A stretch of DNA of 64,000 bases from the IMG/VR virus record IMGVR_UViG_3300025073_000397; one strand, written 5' to 3'. Below, one piece after another: positions 55,203-64,000 of this stretch; positions within the stretch are counted from its first letter, which is position 1, and the number at the start of each line of letters is the position of its first letter. The position numbers and the translations under genes are program-made. Origin of the DNA: a virus. The notes under the pieces are model-generated. The model did no database searches. It was not told the origin of the DNA and saw only the letters and a program-made list of their open reading frames with translations.

Positions 55203-55762
55203 CAGATGGGGGCAAAGTAACCATGTCAACACCAATCATCATCGTAGATGTAGAGGCAGATGGGCCCTGCCCCGGATTGTATTCCATGGTATGTTTTGGG
55301 GCCGTGAAGGTGGATACTAGAGCTATCATGCCAGGGGAAACCCCGGAGACGTTCTATGGCCGAACTTCCCCTATTTCAAATGAGTGGGTGCCAGAAGCTC
55401 TGGCCGTCTCGGGATTCGCCAGAGAACAACATCTTGCTCTTCCAGACCCCATCTTTACGATGGGTGTCTTTGACAACTGGCTCAAGATGGTGTGTGGAGA
55501 CTCCAAACCCATCTTCGCCAGCGACAACAATGGGTTTGACTGGCAATTCATCAACTACTACTTCCATCGTTTCTTAGGGCGTAATCCCTTTGGGTTCTCC
55601 AGCATGAATCTCAATAGTCTCTATAAGGGAGTGCACAAGTCGCTCCATGCCAATTGGAAGCGAGAGATGAAAGGTCTCACCGTGAAGCATGACCACAATC
55701 CAGTACACGATGCCCACCGAATGGCTCAGGCTTTGATACAGATGGGGATCAAGGGGGTCTGA
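55199..55762 (+). CDS. DEDDh 3'-5' exonuclease (DnaQ/RNase T-like)
   Basis: Exo I is IIVDVEADG; Exo II is DNNGFDWQFIN; Exo III is HNPVHDAHRMAQ. The start may instead be the internal ATG at 55223. Confidence 0.7.
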   Translation: MTDGGKVTMSTPIIIVDVEADGPCPGLYSMVCFGAVKVDTRAIMPGETPETFYGRTSPISNEWVPEALAVSGFAREQHLALPDPIFTMGVFDNWLKMVCGDSKPIFASDNNGFDWQFINYYFHRFLGRNPFGFSSMNLNSLYKGVHKSLHANWKREMKGLTVKHDHNPVHDAHRMAQALIQMGIKGV

Positions 55763-55764
55763 CC

Positions 55765-56394
55765 ATGCCGTCTAACAAGATTCGCACCATCCGAGTCAAC
55801 GACTGCATTGCCTGGATGAAGATTCTCCATGATGGGCAACTTCGTAAGATGTCCAACACTCCTTACTATATCCACCCCTTGGGGGTACTGGAACTCATGG
55901 AGGAAAGTCCCTTCTTCTTCACGGATAGCGACAAGTGTGCCGCCTTGCTGCACGATGTCAAAGAAGATAGTCCGGGCTTCTCTTGGCCTGAATTGGTTCG
56001 CAGGTATGGGAGAAACGTTGCAGGAGCGGTGGCACTACTCTCCAAGTCCAAGTTGGGGGAAACGGATCCCGATGTCTACTTCACCATGCTCTCCCTAGCA
56101 CACCCACGGGTGATAGCGATCAAGCTGATGGATCGGATCCAGAATACCAGTGACTTCAACATAGCCAATGATCCTGATTGGTTGGAAAAATATGCTGCTG
56201 AAACAGTGGAACTCGTGTGCCCTCTGATCCAAGTCATGGTGTCTAGGGGAAAGTCAGTAGCGGGCGGATTCTATGAGTTGGGTGTCTGGATTGAGGAATT
56301 GATCCAGAGCAACATCCAGGGCATGCGAACTCGTGCCCTAGAGCTCAGACTGGCAGAGTGCAGAGCCGAATGCAAAACCGAGCCTGGAGTGTGA
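55765..56394 (+). CDS. RelA/SpoT-type HD-domain hydrolase (small alarmone hydrolase-like)
   Basis: 209 aa. YYIHPLGVLELM...AALLHDVKED...RVIAIKLMDRIQN is collinear with the SpoT HD hydrolase motifs (HPL.VA, AALLHDvvEDT, RVilIKLADRlHN). Confidence 0.75.
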   Translation: MPSNKIRTIRVNDCIAWMKILHDGQLRKMSNTPYYIHPLGVLELMEESPFFFTDSDKCAALLHDVKEDSPGFSWPELVRRYGRNVAGAVALLSKSKLGETDPDVYFTMLSLAHPRVIAIKLMDRIQNTSDFNIANDPDWLEKYAAETVELVCPLIQVMVSRGKSVAGGFYELGVWIEELIQSNIQGMRTRALELRLAECRAECKTEPGV

Positions 56395-56565
56395 CGTGTC
56401 AACTTTTACTCTAGTTTTATACCGCTGGAGGGCTCAAAAATAGAACACAACGGGATCACGTACAAAGTCACAACTGACCCGACGTTCAGTTTGAATGCGA
56501 ATATCGTTTCTGTGGATGCGTGCTCTCTCGAATGGATAGAGTAAAGAGAAACCAGGAGGTGTCAC

Positions 56566-56904
56566 ATGGGCACGAATTGGATTCCGTTTTTCTTTGACAG
56601 CAATCGGGCTTTCGGTGAGGTTCCCGATTTGACTGCCTGGGAGAAGCTCAAGGCTAGAGCCAAGAAAGGGTACGACTATGACTTCAAACACATCCTCATG
56701 GACGCCTGGAAATGCCCGGATGATAGCTATACCCATCCGAGTGATTGTGTTCGGGGTCGCCCGACACGCCCCCCGATGCCCAACTTCGGTTGGAGATCCG
56801 AACATATCGGTGGGGTACCCACCTTGGCGGTCTGGGCTAAAGAGAATGGGATGTACGACCAGATGTTTCCGGCTGACGAGTTTTCACAGGAAGGTGGCAA
56901 ATGA
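56566..56904 (+). CDS. hypothetical protein
   Basis: 112 aa with SD AGGAGGT 6 nt upstream. Confidence 0.45.
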   Translation: MGTNWIPFFFDSNRAFGEVPDLTAWEKLKARAKKGYDYDFKHILMDAWKCPDDSYTHPSDCVRGRPTRPPMPNFGWRSEHIGGVPTLAVWAKENGMYDQMFPADEFSQEGGK

Positions 56905-57254
56905 CCCCCAATGGAATGAGTAAGGCTCAACAGGAATTTGTAGCTGCCCAGGCACGGAAATTACTGATCAGGTGGTGCCAGCTGGCTATCTCCGATGAGT
57001 GGTATGCTGGGGATGATGACTCAGTACGTCGCACCCCGGGGCTAGCCATAGTTTCGTCATGGTCCCCGAACGTTGATGCGATGTCCGGGCTGATCACAAA
57101 GTCAGAACTTGAGCGGCTTAATGAGAACCCCTATCTGGCTTATGCCATCTCTAAAGGCTGGGTATCTTTGGTGGGGAAGTTAGATGGGAATTGCTTCACA
57201 GTCAAAGTCCTTGCTGCCGGGTACTCATCAGCAGCCAGGGCACTCAGGAAGTAA
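56901..57254 (+). CDS. hypothetical protein
   Basis: 117 aa with an ATGA overlap. Confidence 0.45.
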   Translation: MTPNGMSKAQQEFVAAQARKLLIRWCQLAISDEWYAGDDDSVRRTPGLAIVSSWSPNVDAMSGLITKSELERLNENPYLAYAISKGWVSLVGKLDGNCFTVKVLAAGYSSAARALRK

Positions 57255-57531
57255 TGGTGCCTAAGAATTGAAACCCCACTCCATCCGATCTGTCGTGTCC
57301 CGAAAGGTTGCAGTGATCACTTACTCGTGTGGTCATTCCATAGACTTCCGGGACAGCCCACCCAAACTAGGCGAGCCAAACATTTGCCTGAAATGTTTTC
57401 AGGAAGTCCAGGTGGTCTCCAGGCGTGATCTGAAACGTAAGATATTCCTGAGTCAGTCGGACTTCCTCAACACCTGACGCCCCCGTTTTCCCTTCTATGG
57501 AAAAGATGCCTTACGGGAGGTAGGCAACCCC

Positions 57532-59448
57532 ATGAGACTGGGAAAACAAGTCCCTTTCGATACTTCCAGCATAGCAAAACTACGTCAAGACTTCCTTCTC
57601 CTCATGAAGCAGGTCCACAAACCTACCGACTATGATGAGGCTGCCCACCTACAGAAAGCCTTCACCACCTGGAGACTGCACTTCGAGGGAATCGTTCTCA
57701 GGATCACTAAGCTGCTAGAACAATCCCTATGGAAAGCCTGGAAAGATGGACCCAAAAAGCGGGATATTGAAACCCTCACGAAGATGATCAACGGAGACAC
57801 TTGGGGCCTAGTCACACTGGACTTTCCGCTACGTCATCCCGATGCATACTGGAACAAGGAACTGTGCTTCAAAGACTTCATCAGGAAGCTACCAGCTTGG
57901 GAGTCTAGACTTCGTAGGGATAGCCGCCCTGCTTGGAAAGTCCTCAAAGATTTCATTTTCTGGTACCAGAAACTGGAGGAGACCGACGAGCCAGTTCGCC
58001 TGAACTTTCCTGATTCCTACACTGATAGCATAGAGGGGTTCAGCATCACCTTCAAGGCTATCAACGAACGAGACAAGAAGGAACTAAACAGTTTCCAGGT
58101 TGGACTCAGACGATACAAGCAGAGAGCCACCCAAATACTACCATGGTTGCTCCGCTACAAACTACCCATCATTCTAGAGGGGTTCAATGAAGGTGGACTA
58201 GACTTTGGTGGGCGATATGAGCGAGATCATGTTCTCATCAATACGATCCAGAATTCCGATCCGGACAAAGTAGCTTACACCTTGGCTCATGAGATGGGGC
58301 ACCATCTATGGAGAACTGGGCTGGACAGTAAGGCACATACGTACTGGAGAGACGCCATACTGGGAGATTCGGGGCCAGTAGACTTGAGCCGTCTCTTCAG
58401 AGGGATGAAGGATGGTGACACCGTTGCAGACTATATCCTTCGTCTGGACAAGCATTTGGACCCCTTGTGGTATCTCCAACTAATGGGGCTCATGTACAGT
58501 AGCCAATGGCATCAATGGGTAGAGGACCATGGTAAGGTAGATGTCAAGACGATGCTAGACTCCGGCACAGATGAAATTCACGTCCCCAAGCACCCTATTT
58601 CGGCCTATGCCGGGAAGAACCCGGAGGAAGCCTTTTGCGATGCCCTTGGACAGCTAGTAGGATACGGGCCCAGAACAGTACCGGAAATGGCACGAGAATG
58701 GTTGAAAGTGGTCGTGCCATCAATTCGAGTTGCGTCCCTACAGGAGAAACCCATGAGAACCTTGACAGCAGCACACAAAGCCTTGTTCGGTGGGGAGGTT
58801 GACCGACAGTTCGTCGCCATGGTGGTGGGTGATCCGGAGCTCTACAGAGCTACCCGAGACGTGGTCATAAAAGCGGCTGCTTGGGATAACCTACCAAAGG
58901 GGTGGACACAAGAGTCAGTAGAGAAGTTCTGGGATTCTCTGACCGGGGATGCAAAGCATAAGGTCACTAAGTGCATGAAGGAAATGGAAGGCAAAATCGA
59001 CAACACGGGCGCTTTTTGCGGGTCATTGGCCGACAAAATTGAGGGGTCTACTGATTGGCGGAAAAAGAGTAAGAAAGCAGGCCAAATGGATTGGAAAACC
59101 CAAGATGGAGCAATGGATAAGATCAAGGGTGAGGCTATGCGGGTGCTCATCCGCAACGGTGCAAAGACAATTCGCACGGGAATGAATAGCATCGGCTTTG
59201 CTCTAGATGGTGTTAGCTATAGCGTTATCTTCAATTGGCGGGGAGATAAGTTGCAGGGACAGGTACTTCGCTATGATCGGGCTGGCGGGGTCGCCATGAC
59301 CTCCGAAAGTGTCTTTGACTATGTAGACCCGCAACATGCAGTACATACCATTCTCCACGCCAAAGGCTGGAGAGGTCAGGCTGTTATGCCTATGAAACGC
59401 ATGGCTTCCTTATCAGCAGATGACTACAAGACTGAGTTGGGGATCTGA
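57532..59448 (+). CDS. large protein with zincin-like HExxH motif (putative metallopeptidase)
   Basis: 638 aa with AYTLAHEMGHHLW. Confidence 0.55.
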   Translation: MRLGKQVPFDTSSIAKLRQDFLLLMKQVHKPTDYDEAAHLQKAFTTWRLHFEGIVLRITKLLEQSLWKAWKDGPKKRDIETLTKMINGDTWGLVTLDFPLRHPDAYWNKELCFKDFIRKLPAWESRLRRDSRPAWKVLKDFIFWYQKLEETDEPVRLNFPDSYTDSIEGFSITFKAINERDKKELNSFQVGLRRYKQRATQILPWLLRYKLPIILEGFNEGGLDFGGRYERDHVLINTIQNSDPDKVAYTLAHEMGHHLWRTGLDSKAHTYWRDAILGDSGPVDLSRLFRGMKDGDTVADYILRLDKHLDPLWYLQLMGLMYSSQWHQWVEDHGKVDVKTMLDSGTDEIHVPKHPISAYAGKNPEEAFCDALGQLVGYGPRTVPEMAREWLKVVVPSIRVASLQEKPMRTLTAAHKALFGGEVDRQFVAMVVGDPELYRATRDVVIKAAAWDNLPKGWTQESVEKFWDSLTGDAKHKVTKCMKEMEGKIDNTGAFCGSLADKIEGSTDWRKKSKKAGQMDWKTQDGAMDKIKGEAMRVLIRNGAKTIRTGMNSIGFALDGVSYSVIFNWRGDKLQGQVLRYDRAGGVAMTSESVFDYVDPQHAVHTILHAKGWRGQAVMPMKRMASLSADDYKTELGI

Positions 59449-59519
59449 CTGCAACTTCGCATGGTCTGAGTCCAAATGGAGTATAGTCCCTCTGGTAGTT
59501 TATACAGGGGGCTGCATTC

Positions 59520-59831
59520 ATGGACCTATTGGGACTCAGGGAGTACTTGGACCGACAGAAGGCATGGTCTGAACCAACCTTTGGTACGGGACTCCGCACA
59601 GGTGGCCTTACAAAGCACATAGAGAAGGAACTAGCGGAGATCCGTAAGGCACCTACCGATGTATTGGAATGGATCGATGTGATAATCCTCGCTCTGGACG
59701 GTGCATGGCGTTGCTCTGCCTCCACACAGGATGTGGTTGATGCCCTAGCTAAGAAGCAGGATGTGAACCTTGCCCGCAAATGGCCTCCACCTGGACCGGA
59801 GGATGTACCCAATGAACACATTCGCACTTAA
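59520..59831 (+). CDS. MazG-like nucleotide pyrophosphohydrolase (small all-alpha NTP-PPase)
   Basis: 103 aa. KHIEKELAEIRKA...VLEWIDVIILALDGAWR...NLARKW matches the EExxE...ElaDv pattern of phage MazG-like proteins. Confidence 0.55.
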   Translation: MDLLGLREYLDRQKAWSEPTFGTGLRTGGLTKHIEKELAEIRKAPTDVLEWIDVIILALDGAWRCSASTQDVVDALAKKQDVNLARKWPPPGPEDVPNEHIRT

Positions 59832-59910
59832 AAGTAGTCAAAGCACCCTAAAAAAGAGTAGATGGGTGCGTTGAGTCTGTGCGTTCTTGAACTAACTAGG
59901 GGGACTAGAG

Positions 59911-60954
59911 ATGAGATGTAATTTCGTGTTGATGCTGTGTTGTATGGTTGGGTTCGGATCAATGGGGTGCATGGGACCTGCTAGAGTGGAACCTATTCAA
60001 GAGATTGGACCCAATGAGACCGCCTTCCTGATCCCCATGGAGGGGGCCAGTAAGGACGGTCAAGCAAAGTTTATGAGCGAAGAGTTCCTTCAGGCCAATA
60101 AGGTCGCTGGTAAACGAGTGATCCTTCCTGTACGGGAGCGGAGCACAGGTCGCATGTGGTGGGATTACGAGTATATCCCCACGGTCAAGGTCATTACAGT
60201 TGATCGGACTCCTATAACCAGGGAATGGACTGGAGACGCCAAAACAGGAACAGGAACCAAAAATGAAGGAATCGCCGTGGAATCCAAAGAGTCCATAGGA
60301 TTCACCTGCGGAGTGACGATCACAGCTGCCATCACAGAAGACGACGCCGCTGCCTACCTGTACTGGTATTCAACCAAGCCCCTAGCAGAGGTAATCGACC
60401 AGAACGTGCGGGGTTACATCCAGAGTTATCTGGCCAATGAATTCGGAAACAAAACATTGGATCAATGCCGTACTGACAAGACTGCAGTGATGAGTGCCTT
60501 GGCCGAGAAAACCAAGGAAGAGTTCAAAAAGCGGGGCGTCACCATCCTCAATGTTGGTGGGTCTGAAGGATTGACATACGAGAGTAAGGACGTTCAAGTG
60601 TCCATTGACTCTGCCTACTCGGCAAGTCGAAAATTGGAGCAGGCACGAGTAGATGCAGACAAGGCCAAGACTGAGGCTGAGGGGCGTGCTAATGCTGCTA
60701 TTGAGACAGCTCGTGGCAACGCTGAGAGTGCTGTCAAGTGGGCTGAGGGTCAGGCTAAAGCCCGACTGGTTGTAGCTGAAGCGGAAAAGAAAGCCAATGA
60801 GATGTTGAACGCATCCATCACCCCCAACATTCTGATGTGGCGGGGTATCGATAAGTGGGTTGGGGCGGTCCCCACAACACTCATGTACGGGGGTGGTGCG
60901 GATATGCCCGCCATTCCCGTTCTAGACGTTTCAGCCAAAGTACCCAATCTGTAG
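59911..60954 (+). CDS. SPFH/band-7 (stomatin/HflK-like) lipoprotein
   Basis: 347 aa. The lipobox is MLCCMVGFGSMGC. The C-terminal Ala/Glu coiled-coil KAKTEAEGRANAAIETARGNAESAVKWAEGQAKARLVVAEAEKKA is typical of SPFH proteins. Confidence 0.5.
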   Translation: MRCNFVLMLCCMVGFGSMGCMGPARVEPIQEIGPNETAFLIPMEGASKDGQAKFMSEEFLQANKVAGKRVILPVRERSTGRMWWDYEYIPTVKVITVDRTPITREWTGDAKTGTGTKNEGIAVESKESIGFTCGVTITAAITEDDAAAYLYWYSTKPLAEVIDQNVRGYIQSYLANEFGNKTLDQCRTDKTAVMSALAEKTKEEFKKRGVTILNVGGSEGLTYESKDVQVSIDSAYSASRKLEQARVDADKAKTEAEGRANAAIETARGNAESAVKWAEGQAKARLVVAEAEKKANEMLNASITPNILMWRGIDKWVGAVPTTLMYGGGADMPAIPVLDVSAKVPNL

Positions 60955-60960
60955 GAACAA

Positions 60961-60998
60961 TCCCAATCCCCGCCACGTTTTAGGTGACGGGGATTGGG
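60961..60998 (+). terminator. strong stem-loop immediately after the SPFH gene
   Basis: CCAATCCCCGCCAC-gttttag-GTGACGGGGATTGG gives a 13-14-bp stem with one mismatch. There is no U-tract, so it could be a terminator or a processing element. Confidence 0.4.
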
Positions 60999-61019
60999 GA
61001 CAAAAGAGGAGTACACACC

Positions 61020-61310
61020 ATGTTGAAGAAATCCCTAATCCTGTCGGGCATTCTGCTCTTTATCTACATAGTTGTTCTCAGGGCCATAACTCTGTTCTAC
61101 CCGCCGCTAGCAGCACCATCCGCCGCCATGCAACTCTCTGATAGTGCCGTTTCGTATGGCACATCTCGGTGGATAGTAGAAGGCGGGCTTGAATCCATTG
61201 TGACCATTTCCTTCCTGCTCTTGCTTTTCTGCATCTGGTGGAGACCCCTATGTGGCCTCATCAAGGGGAAACCCCAGGAAGGGTCTGACAACACCAAAAC
61301 AAACGGGTAA
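61020..61310 (+). CDS. small 2-TM membrane protein (possible NfeD-like partner of the SPFH gene)
   Basis: Start moved to MLKKSLILSGILLFIYIVVL, with SD AGAGGAG 10 nt upstream. There are two hydrophobic helices. Confidence 0.4.
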   Translation: MLKKSLILSGILLFIYIVVLRAITLFYPPLAAPSAAMQLSDSAVSYGTSRWIVEGGLESIVTISFLLLLFCIWWRPLCGLIKGKPQEGSDNTKTNG

Positions 61311-61320
61311 GCGTGCTTTC

Positions 61321-61689
61321 ATGACTCTAGATGATGAAACCAAGAGCAAAATCATAGCCGATGCTCTCAAACGGAGGGAGTTGGGTGGAGCCCAGCCCAT
61401 AATGCCTTGGAACAAACCTTTCAAGGAACTTCGGGAAGAGATCGAGTCCGACCCCATCCGCAAGTTCATGACCATCCTTTACCAGACCGACGTCCCCTGT
61501 CCTAACTGTAAGGCCAACCTCTACGTCATGCGAATGACTCTCTCCCCCTTGGGTGGTGGGGTGTATTGCGACTGTGGCTACCGGGACGGCTTGACTTCCT
61601 TTCTAGGCAAACAATTGTTCCCGGTCCAACAAATGGAGATGCCCAACAAACCAATTTACTGGACCAGGGACGAATCGTCTGATGACTGA
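61321..61689 (+). CDS. Zn-ribbon hypothetical protein
   Basis: Start at MTLDDETKSK; CPNCKANLYV...CDCG. Confidence 0.4.
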   Translation: MTLDDETKSKIIADALKRRELGGAQPIMPWNKPFKELREEIESDPIRKFMTILYQTDVPCPNCKANLYVMRMTLSPLGGGVYCDCGYRDGLTSFLGKQLFPVQQMEMPNKPIYWTRDESSDD

Positions 61690-61896
61690 AACCGCAAAGA
61701 TCATCCCATATTGTCGGTGTGCCACTTGTGACAGAGCCACAAAGTGTGCCAGTAGTCTCCAGATCAAGACCCAAGGAGGGCGCATTTGTGGGCTGTGGCG
61801 GAATATAGAGGGTAAGATGAGGTGGGGAGAGCGATTAGGCCTAAACTCTCTACCTCAGGGATAAGACATTCAAAACCACAAACGGAGGAAGCAACC

Positions 61897-62088
61897 ATGT
61901 CAGCTCTTTTCATCCTAATCACGTTAGCGATCGCAGCTCTTTGGATCTACATCTACTTTGGCCTAATAGGAAAGTACAATATCGTTCCACACGTTGAACG
62001 AGTCGGAGTCTTCGTCTTCATTCTAGAGTTGGTGCTAGCCCTGGTCACAATTATGGGACCAAGTATCTTCTACGGATTGTTGATCTGA
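61897..62088 (+). CDS. small 2-TM membrane protein
   Basis: 64 aa from MSALFILITLAIAALWIYIYF, with SD GGAGG 8 nt upstream. Confidence 0.4.
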   Translation: MSALFILITLAIAALWIYIYFGLIGKYNIVPHVERVGVFVFILELVLALVTIMGPSIFYGLLI

Positions 62089-62093
62089 AGCCA

Positions 62094-62483
62094 TTGATGG
62101 CAACTGGCCCCCAGATCATTAAAATCAAATCCGGCTCTGTCCGAAGGAATCCCACAGCCGGTAACACAACCTTCTGCATTACAGGCGCCATCTCCACGTA
62201 TGTCAACGATAAGGGACAGTTCGTGCAGGAACGTCCCGTTGAAATTTGCCATACACTTCAGCCGGAACCAGACTTCCTGTACGAATATGAACCGACCTTG
62301 ATTCATTGCGACCATTGTAAAGCAGAGTTCCCACCTGAGACTTTGAGAGCCGACGCCTACCCGAATGAAGATGATGAGGTTTGGTCCAATGATATCTGCC
62401 CCAAATGTGGGACGTGGGATTGCTGTGAGTATGCGTATGAGAAACCAACCGAGGACATGCTACCAAGAGAGCCAAAGCCATGA
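62094..62483 (+). CDS. Cys-rich hypothetical protein
   Basis: 129 aa with CDHCKAEF...CPKCGTWDCC. Confidence 0.45.
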   Translation: MMATGPQIIKIKSGSVRRNPTAGNTTFCITGAISTYVNDKGQFVQERPVEICHTLQPEPDFLYEYEPTLIHCDHCKAEFPPETLRADAYPNEDDEVWSNDICPKCGTWDCCEYAYEKPTEDMLPREPKP

Positions 62484-62695
62484 CAGAACGCATTCTCCAC
62501 GAGTTTAAAGCCGGATATATACGAGACGGGGTAATCCTTGGTAACCCAACCGGAACCTGTGAGAAGTGCAGCAGAGTGGATGTTCCCGTCATTTGCATCG
62601 ACCCGGCTGAGATGGAATATGGCTACTACTGGTGGTGCCAGAATTGTCTCAATGAAATGTTCGGCATCCTGTTAGACAAACCCAAACCAGAGTAG
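62480..62695 (+). CDS. small Zn-binding hypothetical protein
   Basis: 71 aa with an ATGA overlap. Confidence 0.4.
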   Translation: MTERILHEFKAGYIRDGVILGNPTGTCEKCSRVDVPVICIDPAEMEYGYYWWCQNCLNEMFGILLDKPKPE

Positions 62696-62729
62696 TATGG
62701 TTTGGTGGCAACTGGAGGTTTCGAACCAC

Positions 62730-62972
62730 ATGAGCAATTTTGCTATGAACGATTATTCCTTGGAAGCCACCTTTGACCGGGCCGTAGATCGGCACTGCAA
62801 TGCCAACCTAGGCACTCAATGGTACGACCTAACCGAGTCACAAAGGAACTGGATCAAACGGGAGATGAAGGCACTCATCATAGATGGCATCTGCAACAAC
62901 ATCCCCAAACGAGCTTTTACAAACCTTGTCAAACGGTGTGGGGAAATCTCAGTAGGAGTACAGAACCCATGA
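62730..62972 (+). CDS. small hypothetical protein
   Basis: 80 aa from MSNFAMNDY; the start is uncertain. Confidence 0.35.
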   Translation: MSNFAMNDYSLEATFDRAVDRHCNANLGTQWYDLTESQRNWIKREMKALIIDGICNNIPKRAFTNLVKRCGEISVGVQNP

Positions 62973-63136
62973 ACGCTTGGTGCATCGTATCACCTAAAGG
63001 GAAACTGTATCCCTGGACTTGTTGCCAGACACAGAAAGGAGCATGGCTACTCTGGGAACAGGTGAAGGGAGGCTCAGAGAAGGCCCAGAAACGGGGCTAT
63101 GAAGCGACCAAGGTGGCAATCAGGGTTTGTGCCTGA
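62969..63136 (+). CDS. small hypothetical protein
   Basis: 55 aa from MNAWCIV, with an ATGA overlap against the previous stop. Confidence 0.3.
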   Translation: MNAWCIVSPKGKLYPWTCCQTQKGAWLLWEQVKGGSEKAQKRGYEATKVAIRVCA

Positions 63137-63171
63137 AACGCCATAAAGACATCCATGTGGGGATACACCAA

Positions 63172-63393
63172 ATGTTGAACCGTACAGGTGTTTACACCTT
63201 AGATGGGAAAAGAATGAGCTATGCCGAGAAACGGTGTGGTGCAAGGGCAAAGGCAGAAGACAAGGGCGGCAATCGGATATTGCTCGATAATGCATCCTTC
63301 CTGATAGCTTCCCACCAAGATAAAGTACACTTTGATCCCATAGAAGCCTACTCTGTACTCTATAACGCCCAAAGGGGCTCCATCAACGCATGA
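63172..63393 (+). CDS. small hypothetical protein
   Basis: 73 aa from MLNRTGVYTL. Confidence 0.35.
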   Translation: MLNRTGVYTLDGKRMSYAEKRCGARAKAEDKGGNRILLDNASFLIASHQDKVHFDPIEAYSVLYNAQRGSINA

Positions 63394-63493
63394 GAGAATC
63401 CCCACCTGTTCCAGCCGTCCTATTCCAAAGTTCTGGGGTATAGTTAAAAATGTGGTGGACGGCACCACCCCAATGGTAAGGAGATACCCACAG

Positions 63494-63904
63494 ATGACTA
63501 GAACTTCTCTACAGACAAGAATCCCCAAGGCAGTACTGTTGGACAAGTTGAGAGCCAATCGGATTGAACACGTTCAGATTGTCAAGGAAGCCAGAGAGGG
63601 CTACCTCCAGGCAGCCAAGAAAGCCTTGCGGAAGAAACTAAAGGAACTTGCTGACGGTCGGGTCACGTCACTTTCCTTTGGGCTGACTCTCCCGTCCGAC
63701 CGCACGGCCGACTTTGATGCCATCATTGGGATGCTTGAAATGTCCTCAGACACAGAGGTCACCCTAGATATCGAGGACTTCCACAAGTTCGTGGAAAACA
63801 AGTGGGATTGGACACACAGCTTCCTCTTATCCAATTCCGTGTATTCAGCCACAGCTCACCACTGTCTATCATCAGACACTGACCTGGGTGCTAACGATTT
63901 TTGA
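63494..63904 (+). CDS. hypothetical protein
   Basis: 136 aa from MTRTSLQTRI, with SD AAGGAG 8 nt upstream. Confidence 0.45.
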   Translation: MTRTSLQTRIPKAVLLDKLRANRIEHVQIVKEAREGYLQAAKKALRKKLKELADGRVTSLSFGLTLPSDRTADFDAIIGMLEMSSDTEVTLDIEDFHKFVENKWDWTHSFLLSNSVYSATAHHCLSSDTDLGANDF

Positions 63905-64000
63905 TGGGTGCATTGTCATGGATTCTTGCCCTTTCTGCCGTGCCCCACGAAACCGACACACTGGAGTCAGGAATGTTGCCATCTATACGTGCGGCACTTG
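63904..64000 (+). CDS. hypothetical protein, 5' part (continues beyond window)
   Basis: TGATG overlap with the previous stop; MGALSWILALSAVPHETDTLESGMLPSIRAAL..., open to the window end. Confidence 0.3.
   Translation, partial: MGALSWILALSAVPHETDTLESGMLPSIRAAL

Noticed and set aside
57268-57477. 69-aa ORF starting with TTG
   Set aside because: No ATG and only a weak internal GTG with an AAAGG SD. It might be a 54-aa Zn-ribbon peptide, but support is thin.
63412-63440. GGTGGT-gacggc-ACCACC hairpin before the 63494 gene
   Set aside because: Short stem, no U-tract, and it overlaps a possible weak promoter-like GGGTATAGT. Its function is ambiguous.

Overview
The window looks like a gene-dense fragment of a large dsDNA bacteriophage (jumbo-phage-like) or similar mobile element. 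It is not ordinary bacterial chromosome: coding density is about 90% in alternating strand blocks, several genes have Shine-Dalgarno sites, and many starts and stops overlap as ATGA/TGATG. Most proteins are phage-type hypotheticals. I found no rRNA, tRNA or CRISPR array.

The left third (1-18.4 kb, all minus strand) is a replication, recombination and nucleotide-metabolism module:
- an SbcC/Rad50-like ATPase (partial), RecA, a RuvC-like resolvase and a RecD2-like SF1 helicase;
- a class II (B12-type) ribonucleotide reductase interrupted at its catalytic NP|C site by an intein carrying an HNH endonuclease;
- clamp-loader-like HolA and HolB homologs, and a PLP-dependent ornithine/DAP-type decarboxylase.

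The remainder encodes:
- a sigma-70 region-4-like regulator, a 1238-aa SF2/SNF2-like helicase and an HU-like protein;
- a 956-aa protein with internal repeats, an RlaP-type nucleotidyltransferase and a GroEL chaperonin with no GroES nearby;
- a class I release factor that lacks domain 1 (PrfH-like);
- an SF2 (ResIII-type) helicase followed by a long tandem array of helicase-associated (HA) domains, broken by two homopolymer frameshifts;
- a divergent vWA (CobT-like) and AAA+ (CobS/MoxR-like) pair, whose operon also holds a DEDDh exonuclease and a RelA/SpoT-type HD hydrolase;
- a HExxH metallopeptidase-motif protein, a MazG-like pyrophosphohydrolase, an SPFH lipoprotein and many small Zn-ribbon or membrane proteins.

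The clearest non-coding signal is a bipartite promoter-like motif, TGTTAG-N14-GGGTAGTA (8/9 sites carry GTTAG; the 3' box is GrGTArTA). It occurs nine times with exact 14-nt spacing, always upstream of genes in the correct orientation, twice as divergent pairs. A 755-bp non-coding island (14268-15022) with hairpins and AT-rich repeats sits inside the replication module.

All functional calls rest on motifs I recognised by eye. No database search was run.
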